From Lytechinus pictus (lineage: Eukaryota): 60,000 bases of DNA. Shown here piece after piece: positions 12,299 through 25,105 of the stretch. The stretch lies in assembly GCF_037042905.1 (NCBI RefSeq), contig NC_087250.1:11658001-11718000 (forward strand). The letters are read 5' to 3'. Under the pieces are notes generated by a model. The model made no database searches, was not told where the DNA came from, and was given only the letters and a program-made list of their open reading frames with translations. Within the stretch, counting starts at the first letter, position 1. Each line of letters starts with the position of its first letter. Both the position numbers and the translations under genes were made by a program.

Positions 12299-14820
12299 TG
12301 TGAGAGTCATATCTGCCTGAAAAACAGTATTAGAGTACCTATTTCTGGCGAACGTTCAGGAAGTACCTTATCAGCGGTGTCACCTTGTAATTTGATTCCA
12401 GCCAATCAGATACACGGATTTTAGTAGCTTGTAACAGTTTTGAGTAAAATCCACTTTTTCAATCAGTCCGAGAAACGTTGCCGTGATCCCAACGTACTTA
12501 CAGACCTATATATTTTCTTTCCTTATTTGGTAACTCTTTAAAAGTAATTATCTTCAGTTGGATCGATTGTCCAAATGTCCAAATTATGTACTCCATTGCG
12601 CACATTCATTATTTTCCCGCTGGATTAAAAAAATAATCCAGCTTTGAGCTTTCCCCTTGTGGGTATATGTTTTAAAATGATTGTTATTTCACTACTGTTT
12701 CCAAATTCATTCTTAGGCTTCTTCCAGGGACTTTGTGTGAGCGGCATGACATTTTGCATGTTAAGTATTCCTCAATATTTCCATGGCAACACAGCTGCAA
12801 AATAATTCCTTGAAGTGCCCACTAGTACCCAACTCTTTCCGGACACATGTGAATTTCCAGCACGCGCATACTCACGCAGATCAGCCGTCCGACGCGAAGA
12901 GTCCCGAGGGTGACGTCACATAATCCTTCGCGTAGATACACAAACTCACCAACACTTACTCGTACTTTAACACGCCTAGATGCAACATTTTCCCTTTCTT
13001 TTGAATTTCGTTCCCTTTTCAAGTCTCCTAACCAGCACCGGGATCCGTGCCCTCCTCGTTCGCCACAGAAACATACTGGCAAAAATCGTTTTTCTGCATT
13101 GGTTTTTATACACTTCTCTTATAGATCGCTTCTATCTGATTTAGCTGGCGAGAACACCTTTTGGAAGTAACGATTTTAAAGAAAAATCGAAATGAATCCA
13201 TACTTGTCCCCCTCAGTTTAGATGCGAAAACCCGGCGTGCTTTTATTTTTCTCTCTCATTTTCTTTTTTTTTCTCTTCATTCGTCATCCCCCAAAAATCG
13301 ACTGAAAAAAAGTTCCGTGCACACACAGTGCGGGAGAGTGGCATAGAGAGAAAAAAAAAATCGAAGCGCTGCATTTCTCGTAGAAAGTCGATTTCGTTCT
13401 TCCTCTGTCTCCCATCTCCTCTCTCCTTTTCTCATCCCCTCTCTCCTTTTCTCTTCACCTCTCTCCCCTTTCTTCTTACTAATACATCTTTACATTATTT
13501 TGTCTGTGTACTCGTACTTCATCGTTTATGTTATTCAGGAGAAAGGCTATATCCCACAGTGCCGGTCCTTTGGTCTGATATATATACCACAATCTTTCAG
13601 AGTTTGAAAGACAGCATGGGAATTCGTTTCAAATAATTTCAGTAAATAGATCTTTATCATCATATATGCGAATGGTCCCGATTATGTTTTGCCTTGTTCT
13701 TTGTTACATATATCTTTTAGTTTCATTCATATTATATTCTCGTCTTTGTTGGTTTAATACAGCAATCAATTTTAATCAAGGGACTACTCTTTCTGCAACT
13801 GCTATCAATCACCATGCATAAGAATAGGGAAATGCTGAGTATATTCGTGGGAAACATTTTGGTCTGTACCCTCCTCTTCTTTTCTGTCTTAGTCCTTCAC
13901 CATATTCTATCATTCTTTTTTTTTTGCCCATACACCAGCATTTAATTTTAAACACCATTTCTTCTCCTTCTTCCCCCTTCGTTTTGATGTTCGTATTCTT
14001 TTCCCTATCTTTTTATAACCCATATTTTCCATTATCTTTTTGCTGAAATTCTGACCATCTCTGTCCTATTTCTTTATCAGTTCTAACTTCTTTTCACACT
14101 TTTCCTCTACCACTGATTGTCACCTATACGTTTCTTTCTCACTTCCTTTCTTTCCCTTTCTGTCTCTCTTTCTGTCTCTCTTTCTGTCTCAGTCTTTCCA
14201 AACAAGTTAACCTGAAATATTCCATTAGTCGCAAGGCATCCAATCTTCACCAAATCAAGCCCAAATCACGAACTCCCGACGAGGAAAAGAGAAACCCTTT
14301 CATATCATAAACAGAGAAAAATGATCCGAATTAAGCGAAGCTGAGTAAGACATTTCTCGCTGACTAAAAGCCGTGGTCGCTGGGTAAGAAGACGAAAATT
14401 CAATATTTTCGTGGGAAGAAGATGATTGCTAGCGTTATCGACCTGGTCACAGTCTGTAAGCCCAGGACTCTGGCGGCCTAACGGGGGAGAAAGAGACTTT
14501 ATTTGAAATCTGAGAAGGCTCAAGGAGTGAAGAAAAGAGTAGGAGAGAGAGAGAGAGAGAGGAAAAAAAAATGAATGTGAAAATGAATGAAAACAAAGAT
14601 ACACAAAATTGCCATATTCTTAGTGGGTACATGTTTTCTTTAACCATAATATACTCACATGCTTGAATTTGAATTCACTGGACATAAACATTTTGTTTTA
14701 CAATATATACAATGATAACATAAAAAATATTTATAATAGCAGTATATCATATAAATCAGTAATACATCAATACATTTTCCATGGGTTTCTATTTAATTGG
14801 TATATATATATTTATATATA

Positions 14821-15116
14821 CACTCTAAATTCCAAGGATTTAAAATAAATCCAGATCGGCTGTAAATAGTGACCAGCCGAATATTAGATTCAGTTTTAAA
14901 CCTTGTAGATTTAAATATAAATCTAAAAGATTTGAATTTAAATCTTTTGAAATACATATATATATATATATACAAAGATAAATAACGTATATTAAAATTA
15001 AACATATAGAGAAAATATAGCATAATGCAATATAATGAATATGCATGTATGTAATGTTTGAAACAATGATGTATTTTATTTATGCTCAGCAAATAGACCT
15101 CTTCAAGATTTTAGAA
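14821..15116. mobile_element. Degenerate CACTCTAAA-type MITE
   Basis: ta|cactctaaattcc start, internal inverted gatttaaa/tttaaatc motifs, degenerate ttttagaata end. Confidence 0.4.
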
Positions 15117-15279
15117 TAAATGAAGATTAATTATATAATGCACATTGGTATTTTCTTTGTTACAGTAGATAAAGATTGCATAATTCATTCCATTATTAGC
15201 TCCTAAACATGGCAATGGAGTGATGAATAAGAACGCCTGCAGAAAAAAAAATACGCATGGTGTCTTGTGGCGTGTGCTG

Positions 15280-15423
15280 GGGCCCGTTGCAGAAAGAGTT
15301 GCGATCAAACGCAACTCAAAATATCCTGCGCAACTTGATTTTCAGCCAATGAAGCACCGCATTCAGGACTTGCACTTGATATTTTGACTTGCGTTTAAAC
15401 GCAACTCTTTCTGCAACAGGCCC
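15280..15423. mobile_element. PIF/Harbinger-type MITE
   Basis: TIRs gggcccgttgcagaaagagttgcg / cgcaactctttctgcaacaggccc; ctg/ccg flanks. Confidence 0.8.
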
Positions 15424-15929
15424 CCGGTGTGTTCACAGTGTGGAATACGCTGTCAAATCACACTGTTTTAAATTTCCAAATATCTTGAAAGTCATTTGTT
15501 CACATTGTACGCATCACATCTTGCGAACACACACCGTAGATGTGTCCATATTGTGAATGTTTCTTCACACTGTTGAATGTGAGCACTATTATGACGGTGT
15601 GAATCGCATCTTCACATATGCCACAATATGAACACACTGTGAACACTCAAACTGTCGGGCTGTCCTCGAGTGTGGATTTTTCTCCACACTGTTGAATGCG
15701 AGCATTTTAAGAGTGTGAATCGCATCTTCACATATGCCACAATGTGAACACACTCTGAACACCTGTCGATGTGTCGACAGTGTGAAATTACCTTCACACT
15801 GCTTGATTTCTAACTGTGTGAATCACATTTTACATAGCCCATTATGTGAACACAATCTAAACATTCACCCTGTTCAGGTGTGATATTATCTTCAAACTGT
15901 TAAATATGAACATTTTAACCACGTTGAAC

Positions 15930-16221
15930 TAATAATAATAATAATAATAGCCGGATTTATATAGCGCTTTTTGCCTGAGGATAAAAAGCGCTTGCTATTA
16001 TTACCCCGGCTTTAGCTCGAGCTACCATCACCGGCGCTCAGTGCATGCAAGGAATTACTCCTGCCGGGTACCCATTCACCTCACCTGGGTCGAGTGCAGC
16101 ATAGTGTGGATAAATTTCTTGCTGAAGGAAAACACGCCATGGCTACGATTCGATCCCATGACCCTCTGTTTGAGAGGGTCATGTCAAAACCACTAGAGTC
16201 AAAACCACTAGACCACGACGC
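15930..16221 (-). mobile_element. tRNA-derived SINE with LINE(L2/CR1)-like 3' stem-loop tail
   Basis: Reverse complement: gcgtcgtggtctagtggtt (A box) ... ggatcgaatc (B box) ... gcactcgacccaggtgaggtgaatgggtacc ... aagcgctttt...aaaagcgctatataaat (ATT)n. Confidence 0.85.
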
Positions 16222-17820
16222 GACCACAATTGTAATTTATATCTTTATAAGGTTCACTATGTACACACCCTGTAAACACACTAGCAGGGAATTAGGCGAT
16301 TGGTCGGATAATACACAAACATTGTATTATTGATTATTTGATTTGATTCATTTATTTCCACATTCCAATAACAAAAGTATATACAAGTGTAATCATTTTT
16401 TCTTAGCATAACATAACAATAAGCAAATGACAATAATGAATAACATATGCATATATACATTCTAACAATCTAATTGAAACATATTTATACCTGATAAATT
16501 TCTTTTTTTTTCATTATCAAAACAAATAACAGAAAAAAATATATATACATATATCGACATAACCTTATTTATGTCGATATATGTACATATATATTTATTT
16601 AATTATAATAATATACATAATCTCTATAAACAACCAAATAACACAGTAACCTAAAGTGTATATTTTCATAATATATACATATATTTTTTATTATTGATAA
16701 AGTTTTGTTTTAGTGCATCTGAAATAGTAATTACATTTACCCTTACATCATTTAAATATATCCATAAAATTCATTCATGATCAGAACTGTATAAACTATA
16801 CATTCTGGGCATACTGAGTGCTTCATGATCATAACAGCCCCATATACTAGTGTACAGTGCTGTATATATATTAAGTTTTCTATATTCTTTTTATACACAC
16901 AGCATGCGTCTATTCATCACCTTTTCTTCAGAGCAGATTTCTCCCGGTTTTCACCGAGCTGAACATATAATTTCCACATACGGGCGTATCCGGTAATTAT
17001 CAAAAGTGGGGGCAAACATGTGTAGGCGTACATGCAGCTGAGTTGTAACGAAACGACAGTTACACAGTATATCATCAATCAGTTTTTATTGCATATCTAG
17101 ATTTATATTTGTTAATCAAATTTTGCAATTGTTTACTTTTCCTAACATTTTGGTTGTGGAATTTTCAACTCGGCTGTGTCATAAACAGAACATATTAACT
17201 AAAAAGATATATTCTACTGTAAAAACAAGTGGGAAACTCCGACTGGCACACTGTATACAAAACAACGGGTTTACACAATATTTTGTGGGGGGGGGGGGGG
17301 GGTAAACAACGCAGAATAATGTATGCCATTTACCCAATGTTGTGTAAAGACTACCAACGAAACGTGTTTTGGGGGCCTCAAGCATACATTCCAAATAAAC
17401 CCAATTTTGGGCGACTTTTAATTTAAACTTTAATAAAATTATGTCGAGTCCTTTAGAAATGTTCCTAAAACAAATATACCCACTTCATAATTCTTTACGC
17501 GCCTTGAATTCCCTTGTTAAAAAAAAAACCGAACCATCAACTTTAATCAACTGTGTATCATTTTACAATTTTGGATGAATAAAAAATGGATAGTAGGGGC
17601 TACTGCCCCCATGTAAGGGGCCCTCCTCCTGCTACGCCACGGTGTGCGAACCCATCTACTGTGTGTTGTTTGAACCGGACCGAAACACCTGCTTCGATTA
17701 TTGGTAAGCAGCTACCCCCTCAACCAAACGTAACGAATTTCCTGTCTGATGATTAAAGTCACCAAGCCCTGAAAATCCGTGAAAGAGGTGGGATGAATGA
17801 AGAGGACAGGGGGAGTGGGT

Positions 17821-17856
<36 letters not shown>

Positions 17857-18350
17857 TAGAAAGGAAGATAGAGAAAGAGAGAAGGGGGGTGAAAGGAAGG
17901 AAGAATATGATGTAAATTGTGCGATGGAAATAGCAGAGTTATTATCAGAGATCTATTCACATGAAAATCAGAAGAAACAAATTATCAAATAACGTTGAAA
18001 GTACGTATATACACGGTACATGCAAGATTACAAAATACATGCGTTTCACAATCTTCTCATTGTTTTAAATTTACACCAATATTGACAATCCAATTAAGGT
18101 GTTTTTTTTAAAACTAAACTGTGCATTAATTTTCTAAAGTTCGTTAACTGAGTTTAGCATATCAAGAATCGGCGCACAATTTTCACCCAATTCTGCCCAA
18201 AACAAACGAAAATGAACAACATGGGTCCAAATAGTGAACCTTTGGGAACACAGTAAAAATGTTTAAACAAGTGCACAACTAGTTATCAATAATGCATATA
18301 GCATTTCCATTTATTTGAAAGCAGGATAAAAGAGCATTGCATATTAAATG

Positions 18351-18407
18351 CTACTACTACTTCTTCTACTACGACTACTACGACAACTACTACTACTACC
18401 ACTACTT

Positions 18408-18464
<57 letters not shown>

Positions 18465-18482
18465 TTACTACTATATTACTAC
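18351..18482. repeat. (CTA)n microsatellite
   Basis: Direct reading. Confidence 0.95.
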
Positions 18483-19169
18483 GAAACAGCTACAACGAAT
18501 CTTACTACTTTTTACATCTTCTTCTAATTGTACAAGATCTATTAGGAGCTTAGTTCTTATTTCTTTCCATCATTTTTTTTTTATACTTGTGGTTCATTTA
18601 CTCATTTCACAGTTTCAGGATCGGTTGTGTATGCGGCCTTGTAGTAATGTGTGTGTGTTTGTGTGTGAGCACGAGGTGTGGGTGTGCGCGTGTCTGTGTG
18701 CGTGTGCATGTGCGAGCAGGGTGGAAATGCCAGGATTTCTATGAAGGATGCAATATCGTCTTATGAGCGAGAAGCCACAATATCAACTCGTAATTATTAC
18801 TTTCTCTGGAATATATAAGGTACCAATACGAAACGAGCTAGTGCACAGGCTAGGCCTTGCTTGCCTTCGTCGTGGCAAAAAACATAATATCCATTCCATT
18901 CACCTCATCTTTCCGAGTCTAAAAATCAATACTTTGAGCGCCAAAGTGGCTGGCATGCGACAACAATATTGAAATGCAATGAGAAAATGATACATCTTGC
19001 GCAAGGAAAGAAAATATTGGATGTGTTTTGGAGATGATAGCTTGCATGGCAAGAAAGGGAAAAGGAAAATAAATTCGGTCGAGGGTACAAGGAGATGGGC
19101 TCAAGAATTACGAGAGACTGAAGGAAAGTGTGGAAAGCTTAGTTTTATGAGGAAGATTGAAAAGAAAAT

Positions 19170-19336
19170 GATGAGAAAAAGAAGTAGAAGAAGAAGTAGA
19201 TGTAGAAGAAGAAGTAGAAGTAGAAGAAGAAGTAGAAGAAAAAGTAGTAGAAGAAGGAGAAGAAGAAGAAGAAGTAGAAGAAGAAGAAGTAGTAGAAGAA
19301 GAAGAAGAAGGAGGAGGAGGAGGAGAATAATAACAA

Positions 19337-19383
<47 letters not shown>

Positions 19384-19445
19384 AAATAATAATAATGATA
19401 ATAATAAAAATAATAATAATAATGATAATAATAATAATAATAAGA
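19170..19445. repeat. Compound (GAA)n/(CTA)n/(AAT)n microsatellite
   Basis: Direct reading. Confidence 0.9.
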
Positions 19446-19544
19446 AGAATATGAAGAGTAAGATTAAGAGGACGAAAAATCAATAAAAATGAAGAGAAAG
19501 ATTTCACTATATTGAGCGAAAAAGAAAAAGAAAACACTTGTCAT

Positions 19545-20825
19545 TGTTCTGTTGGGTATGACATACAAGACTGCTTAATATTAGTATTGCATTTTGGGCA
19601 AAAACGGGGAACTGTTATAGCAGTTTTGGACTTGTTGATATGTTGAATGACTCCCATCGTCTTTAAAATGAAGATTTATTTCTCTCATATAGGGGCCAGT
19701 CATCAAAAAGAAATATCTAAATAGATAAGATGAATTGTTATCACCTATCCTCGATTAAGGATGTTTGGTATGAAATATATAAGACTTCATAATCTGGTAT
19801 TGCATTTTGGGTACAAACGAGGAACCTGTTCTATCAAGTTAGAACTCTAGTCATGATGTTTGATTGCCTTTAAGGGGATGGTCCGGGCTGAAAATATCTA
19901 TATCTTAATAAATAGAGTAAAATCCACTGAGCAAAATGCTGAAAATTTCATCAAAATCGGATAACAACTAACGAAGTTATTGAATTTCAAAGTTTATCAA
20001 TATATTTTTTAAACAGTTATTTGTACATCGTCATTAATATTCATTAGGTGGGCTGATGATGTCACAAGAAAAGAACATGGAGGCGGTGGCTAATCATGAA
20101 GAAGAAGTATAGAAATAAAGAAGATGATTGCTGATCGCTTCCATTTTGGTTGAGGGTGTTTGGTATGAAATATGCGAATACATGATCGGTGCATTGCATT
20201 ATGGGTAAAAACGAGGAGCCTGTTTCAGCAGGTTAGAACTCAAGCCGTAATGATTGACAATGCGCTGTGGCCTTGGAAGTGAAACATTACCTTTAAGAAA
20301 AGAGCACACATTGTAGGTTGGGGCTCCATGCGAAGAAGTATAAAATAGAGTTTATATTACTTTGATGGCTCACCTTTGATTTAGGGTGTTTGGCATATAA
20401 GACTATATGATCTGTGTGTTGCATTTTGGGTAAAAATGAGGAATCCGTTTTACCAGGTTAAAACTCGTAATAAAAGTCGAAGTCGTAATGGTTGACAATG
20501 TACTGCGGATGTGGAAGTGGAGCAATGCCTTTAAGAAAAGAACGCACATTGCAGATTGTGGCTTCATACGAAGAAGTATAAAATAGAGAATATAATTTTT
20601 GATAACTCGCCTTCGATTGGGGTGCACGGTATGTAATAACACATGTACTAAGTGTTGCATTTTGGGTAACGAACGAGGTACTGTTCGAGCAGTTTGGGAC
20701 TGCAGTTGGCATGGTAGATGATGAACATTGCCTTTAAGAAAAGAACACACATTGCAGGTGGGTGTTAGGCATGGAGGATTATATAAATAGAGAAGATAAT
20801 TTTTGATCGCTTATCCTCTATCGAC
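19545..20825 (+). repeat. Diverged tandem array, ~215-235-bp unit, about 5 copies
   Basis: ttgcattttggg..aaacgagga-like motif recurs at ~19587, 19800, 20194, 20419 and 20655; cctttaagaaaaga also recurs. Confidence 0.8.
19874..20066 (+). mobile_element. Terminal fragment of a TTAA-specific (Kolobok-like) non-autonomous transposon
   Basis: ttaa|ggggatggtccgggctgaaaatat...ggtgggctgatgatgtca; related inverted copy at 48918-49109. Confidence 0.75.
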
Positions 20826-21119
20826 GGCTATTTTTTTTCTCTGGAGTTTGTTGTTTCATCTTTCTTGGTTAGAAGACGTTTGATGGAGCATCGTTTGGTT
20901 TAGCCATCCCGGATGGCCCTGAGATGTAAGCTGGCAAAACATGTCGGCGGGAGATGGAGGAGAGCGGGATGGGGGAGACGGGAACGAAGATCGGGGGAGA
21001 AATAGGGCAAGGCCAAGAATATTGCGATGGGACGGGGAAAGAGTTGCGAAAATGATAGCATGTTGAGGGCTAAAAGAGGGACTTAATGTTCGTAGTAGAG
21101 ATGGAAATATGGAGGAGTT

Positions 21120-21640
21120 GAAGAAGAGGAGATGGAGGAGGAAGAAGAAGATGAAGTAGAATAAGAAGAAGAAGAAGAAGAAGAAGGAAGAGGAGGAGGG
21201 GGGAGGAGGAGAAGAAGAAGAAGAAAATGAAGACGAAACAGAATGAGATGGAGGGGAGGAGAAGATGACGTCAACGATGATGATGATGATGATGATGATG
21301 GTGGTGACGATCATGATGATGATGCTCATGATGAAGGAGAAGATGATGATGATGACGGCGACGACGGTATTGATGACGATGCTGATGATGATGAAGGAAA
21401 AGATGATGGTGATGATGATGATGGGGATGATGATAGTAGGGATAATGGTATTGATGATGAAAACCAAGACGATCAAGAAGAGGGGAAAGATTGAGGATGA
21501 TGGTGATGGTGATAACAGCGTTCATTATGGTAATCATGATGTTCTTATTATATAACTGATTAAGATAAAGTGGAAGATGGTGGCAGTGATATTGATGGAG
21601 ATGGTGATGGTGATGGCGACGAGGGTGATGTTTTTTGCCG
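21120..21640. repeat. (GAA)n/(GAT)n microsatellites
   Basis: Direct reading. Confidence 0.9.
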
Positions 21641-22799
21641 CTGCTGATTATCATTACTGATCATATCGCTGATGGTGATAATGGGGGGGGGGGGATTGAT
21701 GATCGTGATATTAATGTTATATAATGGTAGTGGTAATATTGTTGTTTTGTACTGCAGCTGCAATCATGAAGTTATTGAGAACACAAATTAGTGATAAAGG
21801 ACATACTCCTTCAAACATCAACAAAAGCAACATTCACCACACCAACGCATATAATCACCAAAGGTCTTCTAGTCAGAGAAATACGACATTTCCCTCCTAA
21901 TGTCTACCCCTCTTTCTGTCAAATTCGATTGCAACTCTGATCTCTCTCGATCAGGAGAGTCCTCGGGCACTATGGATTAGAAATATTCATCCAGTTATTA
22001 ATCAAACAAGGAAAAATCACCCCCTTATCATATTATCAGTCCCACTCATTGAAATTCACGTCCCTTGATTTCGCCAGACCCGTGGCGCCTGAATCAGGGG
22101 CTCCCTTTACACTACAGTCACATCAACGAAACCGACTCCAAACCGACCGATAGTATGTCATTTGTAATAACGTAATAGCTTTGATCGGTCTGGAATCGAA
22201 TTCGCCGATAGACTGTACTAGCCCGTTTTGCCCCCCCCCCCTTCAGAACGCAAGGCATCTGTGTAATATCCATTTGACGCGCATAAATTAGAGCACTTTC
22301 TCCTACTGGTGAAACAAAACTCGAGACTATTGATTTAATTTCTTGCGATCCTGTCAATGCGTATTGTCTAACGTGACACTTACAGCTGCAAGCTTAGCTG
22401 AATCATAAATGTGTATATAACTTTTATTTTGTTTAATTCAGGGGCGGCTTAACGGGGGTTGGGGATGAACACCCCTATGGATTTTCAAGTAGTAAAACAA
22501 GAAGAGATTTAGAGGGAAATGACGAAGAAGCAAAGGAAGCAGGGTATTACAACTGAGGTTTAGGTCATTTATGAATCACATATAACTTTTTTTTAAACTG
22601 TTTAATTCACGGAAGACGCCACTGGGGGTGGGGGGGGGAGGCACCCCTGTAATTTTTTTTGTAGTGAAACGAGAAAAGAAATAAAAAAAAGTGGTAAAAA
22701 CGGAAAAAAAGAAGGGAATTTTTTTAAAGAAATTAATTTTGAATTTTATATGAATCATATTATATGGATAAAACGTTATCTTGGTGATCGATTATGATG

Positions 22800-22978
22800 T
22801 CCTGTGGTAAATGGTGCTCAGTCTGGATTTTGATGTGTAAGTACTGGAATCCCACAGGGATCAATATTAGGGCCCCTTTTGTTTTCTTTTTTTTTAAATA
22901 TAGCCTCCGTGATTTCTCCGTCTGTGAAAACACTAAAAAAATTGCTTATACGCAGACGATGTAGCAATATTTTGACAA
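22800..22978 (+). pseudogene. Decayed non-LTR retrotransposon (CR1/L2-like) reverse transcriptase fragment
   Basis: Manual translation gives VNGAQSGF*CVSTGIPQGSILGPLLF and, downstream, CLYADDVAIF; these are the RT PQG and YADD motifs, with an in-frame stop. Confidence 0.85.
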
Positions 22979-23975
22979 GGCAACGACATTGCCATTGTTG
23001 GGAAAGCACGTAAATGTGATCATAATGGTTAGTCGCGTGCATTTGAGTGTCCGAAAGTCCACACACACAGCTTCAGCACAAGGAACAGTCGATTTCACGA
23101 GCGTAATATTGCAAAAATCCGGGTATATCTTTATAACTATTAATAATGTCACACCAGATTGATAATAGTGTTGAAATTTTATCCAATTCCATTAATTTGA
23201 TGTAAATATTATTACAATTAATTCACTATTAACGTCTCGCTGTTCATTTTCAATTGTCCATGTTCACAACTCTTGCTATGGCAAACGGTCCGAAACCACC
23301 CATGTTTTCGAGACACTGGCATCTTTGTTTTTCCACTGAAATATCCGTAAAGGTAAAAATGGTCGAAATTGATTGTCATCTCAATGCTAAATAGATTACC
23401 TACATGTTGATGTATAGTACTTAATGACTGGTATAATGGTTACATCTCATTTTTCTCCCAAACTTTGAGATCGAGCAGGCAGAACATGGCATACTTCTGT
23501 GTACAACGTCACGCGACTAACGTATGATAGTTTCCGTTCCTAGACCCTTTTCATTTGGAACAATTAATACAATCAAAACAAAATTAACTAACACATCTAA
23601 TGTTGAAAATATAACAGTGGTCTTGTACTATACAGTTTTGTCTACTGATCTTTATAATATAGCTACAGTTTGAGAGGGCAAATATTTAGTAGTATCGAGT
23701 CCGGAATCGATTTTGATTTGCAAGTAGGGTCTGCGTACATATAGTATAAACTAGCAGGCTGCATCGTCTGCTACGTAAACCAAATGAGTGAACATGACCG
23801 AAACTAACGATTATGTAAACAAATCGTTGATCACATTGATAAGGATGTTGTTGAAAATAAAGAAGTGCACAATTTTGTTATTTGGAACTAGAAATCGCAT
23901 AAAAACCCCGTTTGTTTGACCCATATAGTGTAATACAAGTTGTAATGAATAAAGATATCTGGGTGTTATAATTTC

Positions 23976-24018
<43 letters not shown>

Positions 24019-24226
24019 AATAAATAAATATATCTATAGAGTATGACTTTACCTTTTATTTTTGAGAGCTATGCTCCTTTAAAAATTTACGATTTTATTT
24101 CTACGGCATTTACTAAACTATTGTGATTATGTATACATATATATATATATGTGTGCGTATGTGTGTATGTATGAATAAATATATCTGTCTGTTTCTATAT
24201 AGAAAGAGAAAAATAGAAGGAAAGAA

Positions 24227-24263
<37 letters not shown>

Positions 24264-24859
24264 CGCAGTAGAGGGGAGGAGCACCCGTCAATACCCCCTA
24301 TCTATCTGAAGAAAAAAATCTCAATGAAAAAAAAAAGAAACAAACACACAATAGATTCCAAAGTATAAAATACAATAACTACTTTATGTAGTGCTCATAC
24401 TGGCTTCGCTTGTTAACAAAACGGGCAAGGCTATTTCAACTCGGACCCATGCGTTTGTTCCATATCGCGCCTTGTTAAGCCGCGTGGCGACTTGGCAGCG
24501 AACGGCGCACCATTTACACTTCCCCGTCTTTTTTCCATCTTTTCTTTCAATGCGTGAACTCAGCAGCTAATTTACGTCGCGTGCACTCGCGTGGCCGTTT
24601 CGTCTCCCATTGTTTTCTCCCGGCTAAATCTTTAATTCTGAGCGCATGCCCAGCACGCGCTAAACTTAAACAATAATTACGGATGATGTGAAAAAAGAAA
24701 TGATTTTGACTCACCTTAATATCTACCTTATTCTATTTTTTTCTTAATTTTTGCTTTTTATTTGGTTAAAGATTCTTTTGATTTGATAACATGTTGAAAT
24801 TGAGCGGATAAAAATATTGTGACTACATGTATGTCTTTATTATGACGGTAATATGCAAT

Positions 24860-25105
24860 TCTTTTTTTTTTCTTCAATGTTTCTTCCCCCTTCTTCTTCT
24901 TTTTTTCTTCTTCTTCTCCTCCTTCTCCTTCTTTAACTTCTTCTTCTTTTTCTTCATCTGCGTCTTCTTCTTTACCTTCTTCTTTTTCTTCTTCTTCTTC
25001 TCCTCCTCCTTCTTCTTCTTCTTTACCTTTTTCTCCTTCTTCTTTATCTTCTTCCATTCTCTTTCTTCTCTTTATTCTCCCCATCTTCTCTTCTCATTCT
25101 CCTTG
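24860..25105. repeat. (TTC)n microsatellite
   Basis: Direct reading. Confidence 0.9.

Larger units (their letters stand above)
15236..16289. mobile_element. Second copy of the CCTG...CAGG element, with ~115-bp internal tandem units; hosts a MITE and a SINE
   Basis: cctgcagaaaaa ... ctagcaggg; gtgtgaatcgcatcttcacatatgccacaat repeated at ~15597 and ~15713. Confidence 0.55.

Noticed and set aside
19545..20825. CRISPR-like periodic array
   Set aside because: Whole units are homologous, with no unique spacers, no cas genes and a eukaryotic context
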